Source: a virus (taxonomy: Duplodnaviria; Heunggongvirae; Uroviricota; Caudoviricetes). Taken from it: a DNA stretch of 64,000 nt. Made by a program: the position numbers and the translations under genes. The stretch is from IMG/VR virus record IMGVR_UViG_3300029705_000031. The stretch is one strand, 5' to 3'. The notes beneath the pieces were generated by a model. The model did not search any database and was not told the DNA's origin. It worked only from the letters and a program-made list of their open reading frames with translations. Positions 63,358 through 64,000 of the stretch are shown piece after piece (the first letter of the stretch is position 1; each line of letters begins with the position of its first letter).

Positions 63358-64000
63358 ATGGGCTTAAGAGTTGAACAGCACAATATAGAAGATCTACTTA
63401 AATATTTTATTGCTCGTAATGAATTTAAACGTAGAAATGTAGTTGAAATGTTAAAAGATTTAACTGATGAAGAACGAGCAAAATTAAATATTTCAAATTA
63501 TGCAGAATTTTATAACTATTATAGATTCTTATATAAAGTATTAAAACAAGATATAGTAGAAGGTTCTAAAACTACTATAATTAATAATGTAGATCTTATT
63601 GGTAGATCCTATTATGAAAAGGAATTCTTACTTAAATATCCTTTTCAGTATATTCTAGAATTGCGTTTAGTAGATGAATTAACTAGAGATCATGGTTTTA
63701 TTTTTGATTCTCTAGAAGATAATGCTTGGCAAGCTATTGGTACTGGTGGAAACGTTAATTTAGCAGACTTTGGAATTACTGTTAGTGGTGAACCAGATAA
63801 TGATGACGCACTTAAGGTAAATTATATTGCTTATAATGGTACTAATCATGAAACTGCCACCATAACTATAGAACAGGGAAAAGAACGTCTTTCAAATCCA
63901 ACTATAGATGTTGCTACTTTTGGCAAAAAGATAAGAAGTTTATCCAAGCTAAATTATACTTCTGAAACTACTGTAGGTGAATTATTTCAAAAGATAATAG
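63358..64000 (+). CDS. Probable tail fibre/structural protein, runs off the window (absent from the ORF track)
   Basis: RBS AAGGAGG, frame open to the end; WQAIG..VNLADFGITVSGEPDNDD motif seen in fibre proteins; late promoters. Confidence 0.6.
   Translation, partial: MGLRVEQHNIEDLLKYFIARNEFKRRNVVEMLKDLTDEERAKLNISNYAEFYNYYRFLYKVLKQDIVEGSKTTIINNVDLIGRSYYEKEFLLKYPFQYILELRLVDELTRDHGFIFDSLEDNAWQAIGTGGNVNLADFGITVSGEPDNDDALKVNYIAYNGTNHETATITIEQGKERLSNPTIDVATFGKKIRSLSKLNYTSETTVGELFQKII

Noticed and set aside
1-64000. Stop-codon reassignment (TAG or TGA), as in some gut phages
   Set aside because: Conserved genes read through intact in code 11, and TAG/TGA stops fall where the next gene begins
1-64000. 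tRNA or rRNA genes
   Set aside because: No cloverleaf or T-loop signatures noticed in intergenic gaps; tRNAscan-SE would be needed to exclude them fully

Overview
This window is 64 kb of a very AT-rich (roughly a quarter G+C by eye) jumbo myophage genome of the AR9/PBS1/phiKZ type. The host is probably a Firmicute, likely Clostridia, judging from host-like HD-GYP, SigA-like, DUF5052 and TM2 genes. Core genes: two split multisubunit RNA polymerase beta' pieces (one interrupted by a 212-nt group I intron that the ORF track reads as two ORFs), a gp68/gp226-like promoter-specificity subunit, T4 gp61-like primase, a split family-B DNA polymerase piece, two RNase HI genes, a GroEL-like chaperonin, Hsp20, baseplate and tail genes, and an LL-H holin. 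The most unusual features: (1) two tandem arrays, about 22 small genes in total, that keep short conserved N- and C-terminal motifs around very divergent cores; (2) a probable -1 programmed frameshift giving a gp26/gp51-like chaperone pair from one gene; (3) host-derived proteins with eroded active or DNA-binding sites (sigma factor, HD-GYP, CoiA-like); (4) two readable promoter classes, AR9-type AACA-N6-TA (late) and YGTA-N17-TATATAT (early). The late motif hints at uracil-substituted DNA. No tRNA, rRNA or CRISPR array was seen. All family assignments come from motif recognition by eye, not database searches.
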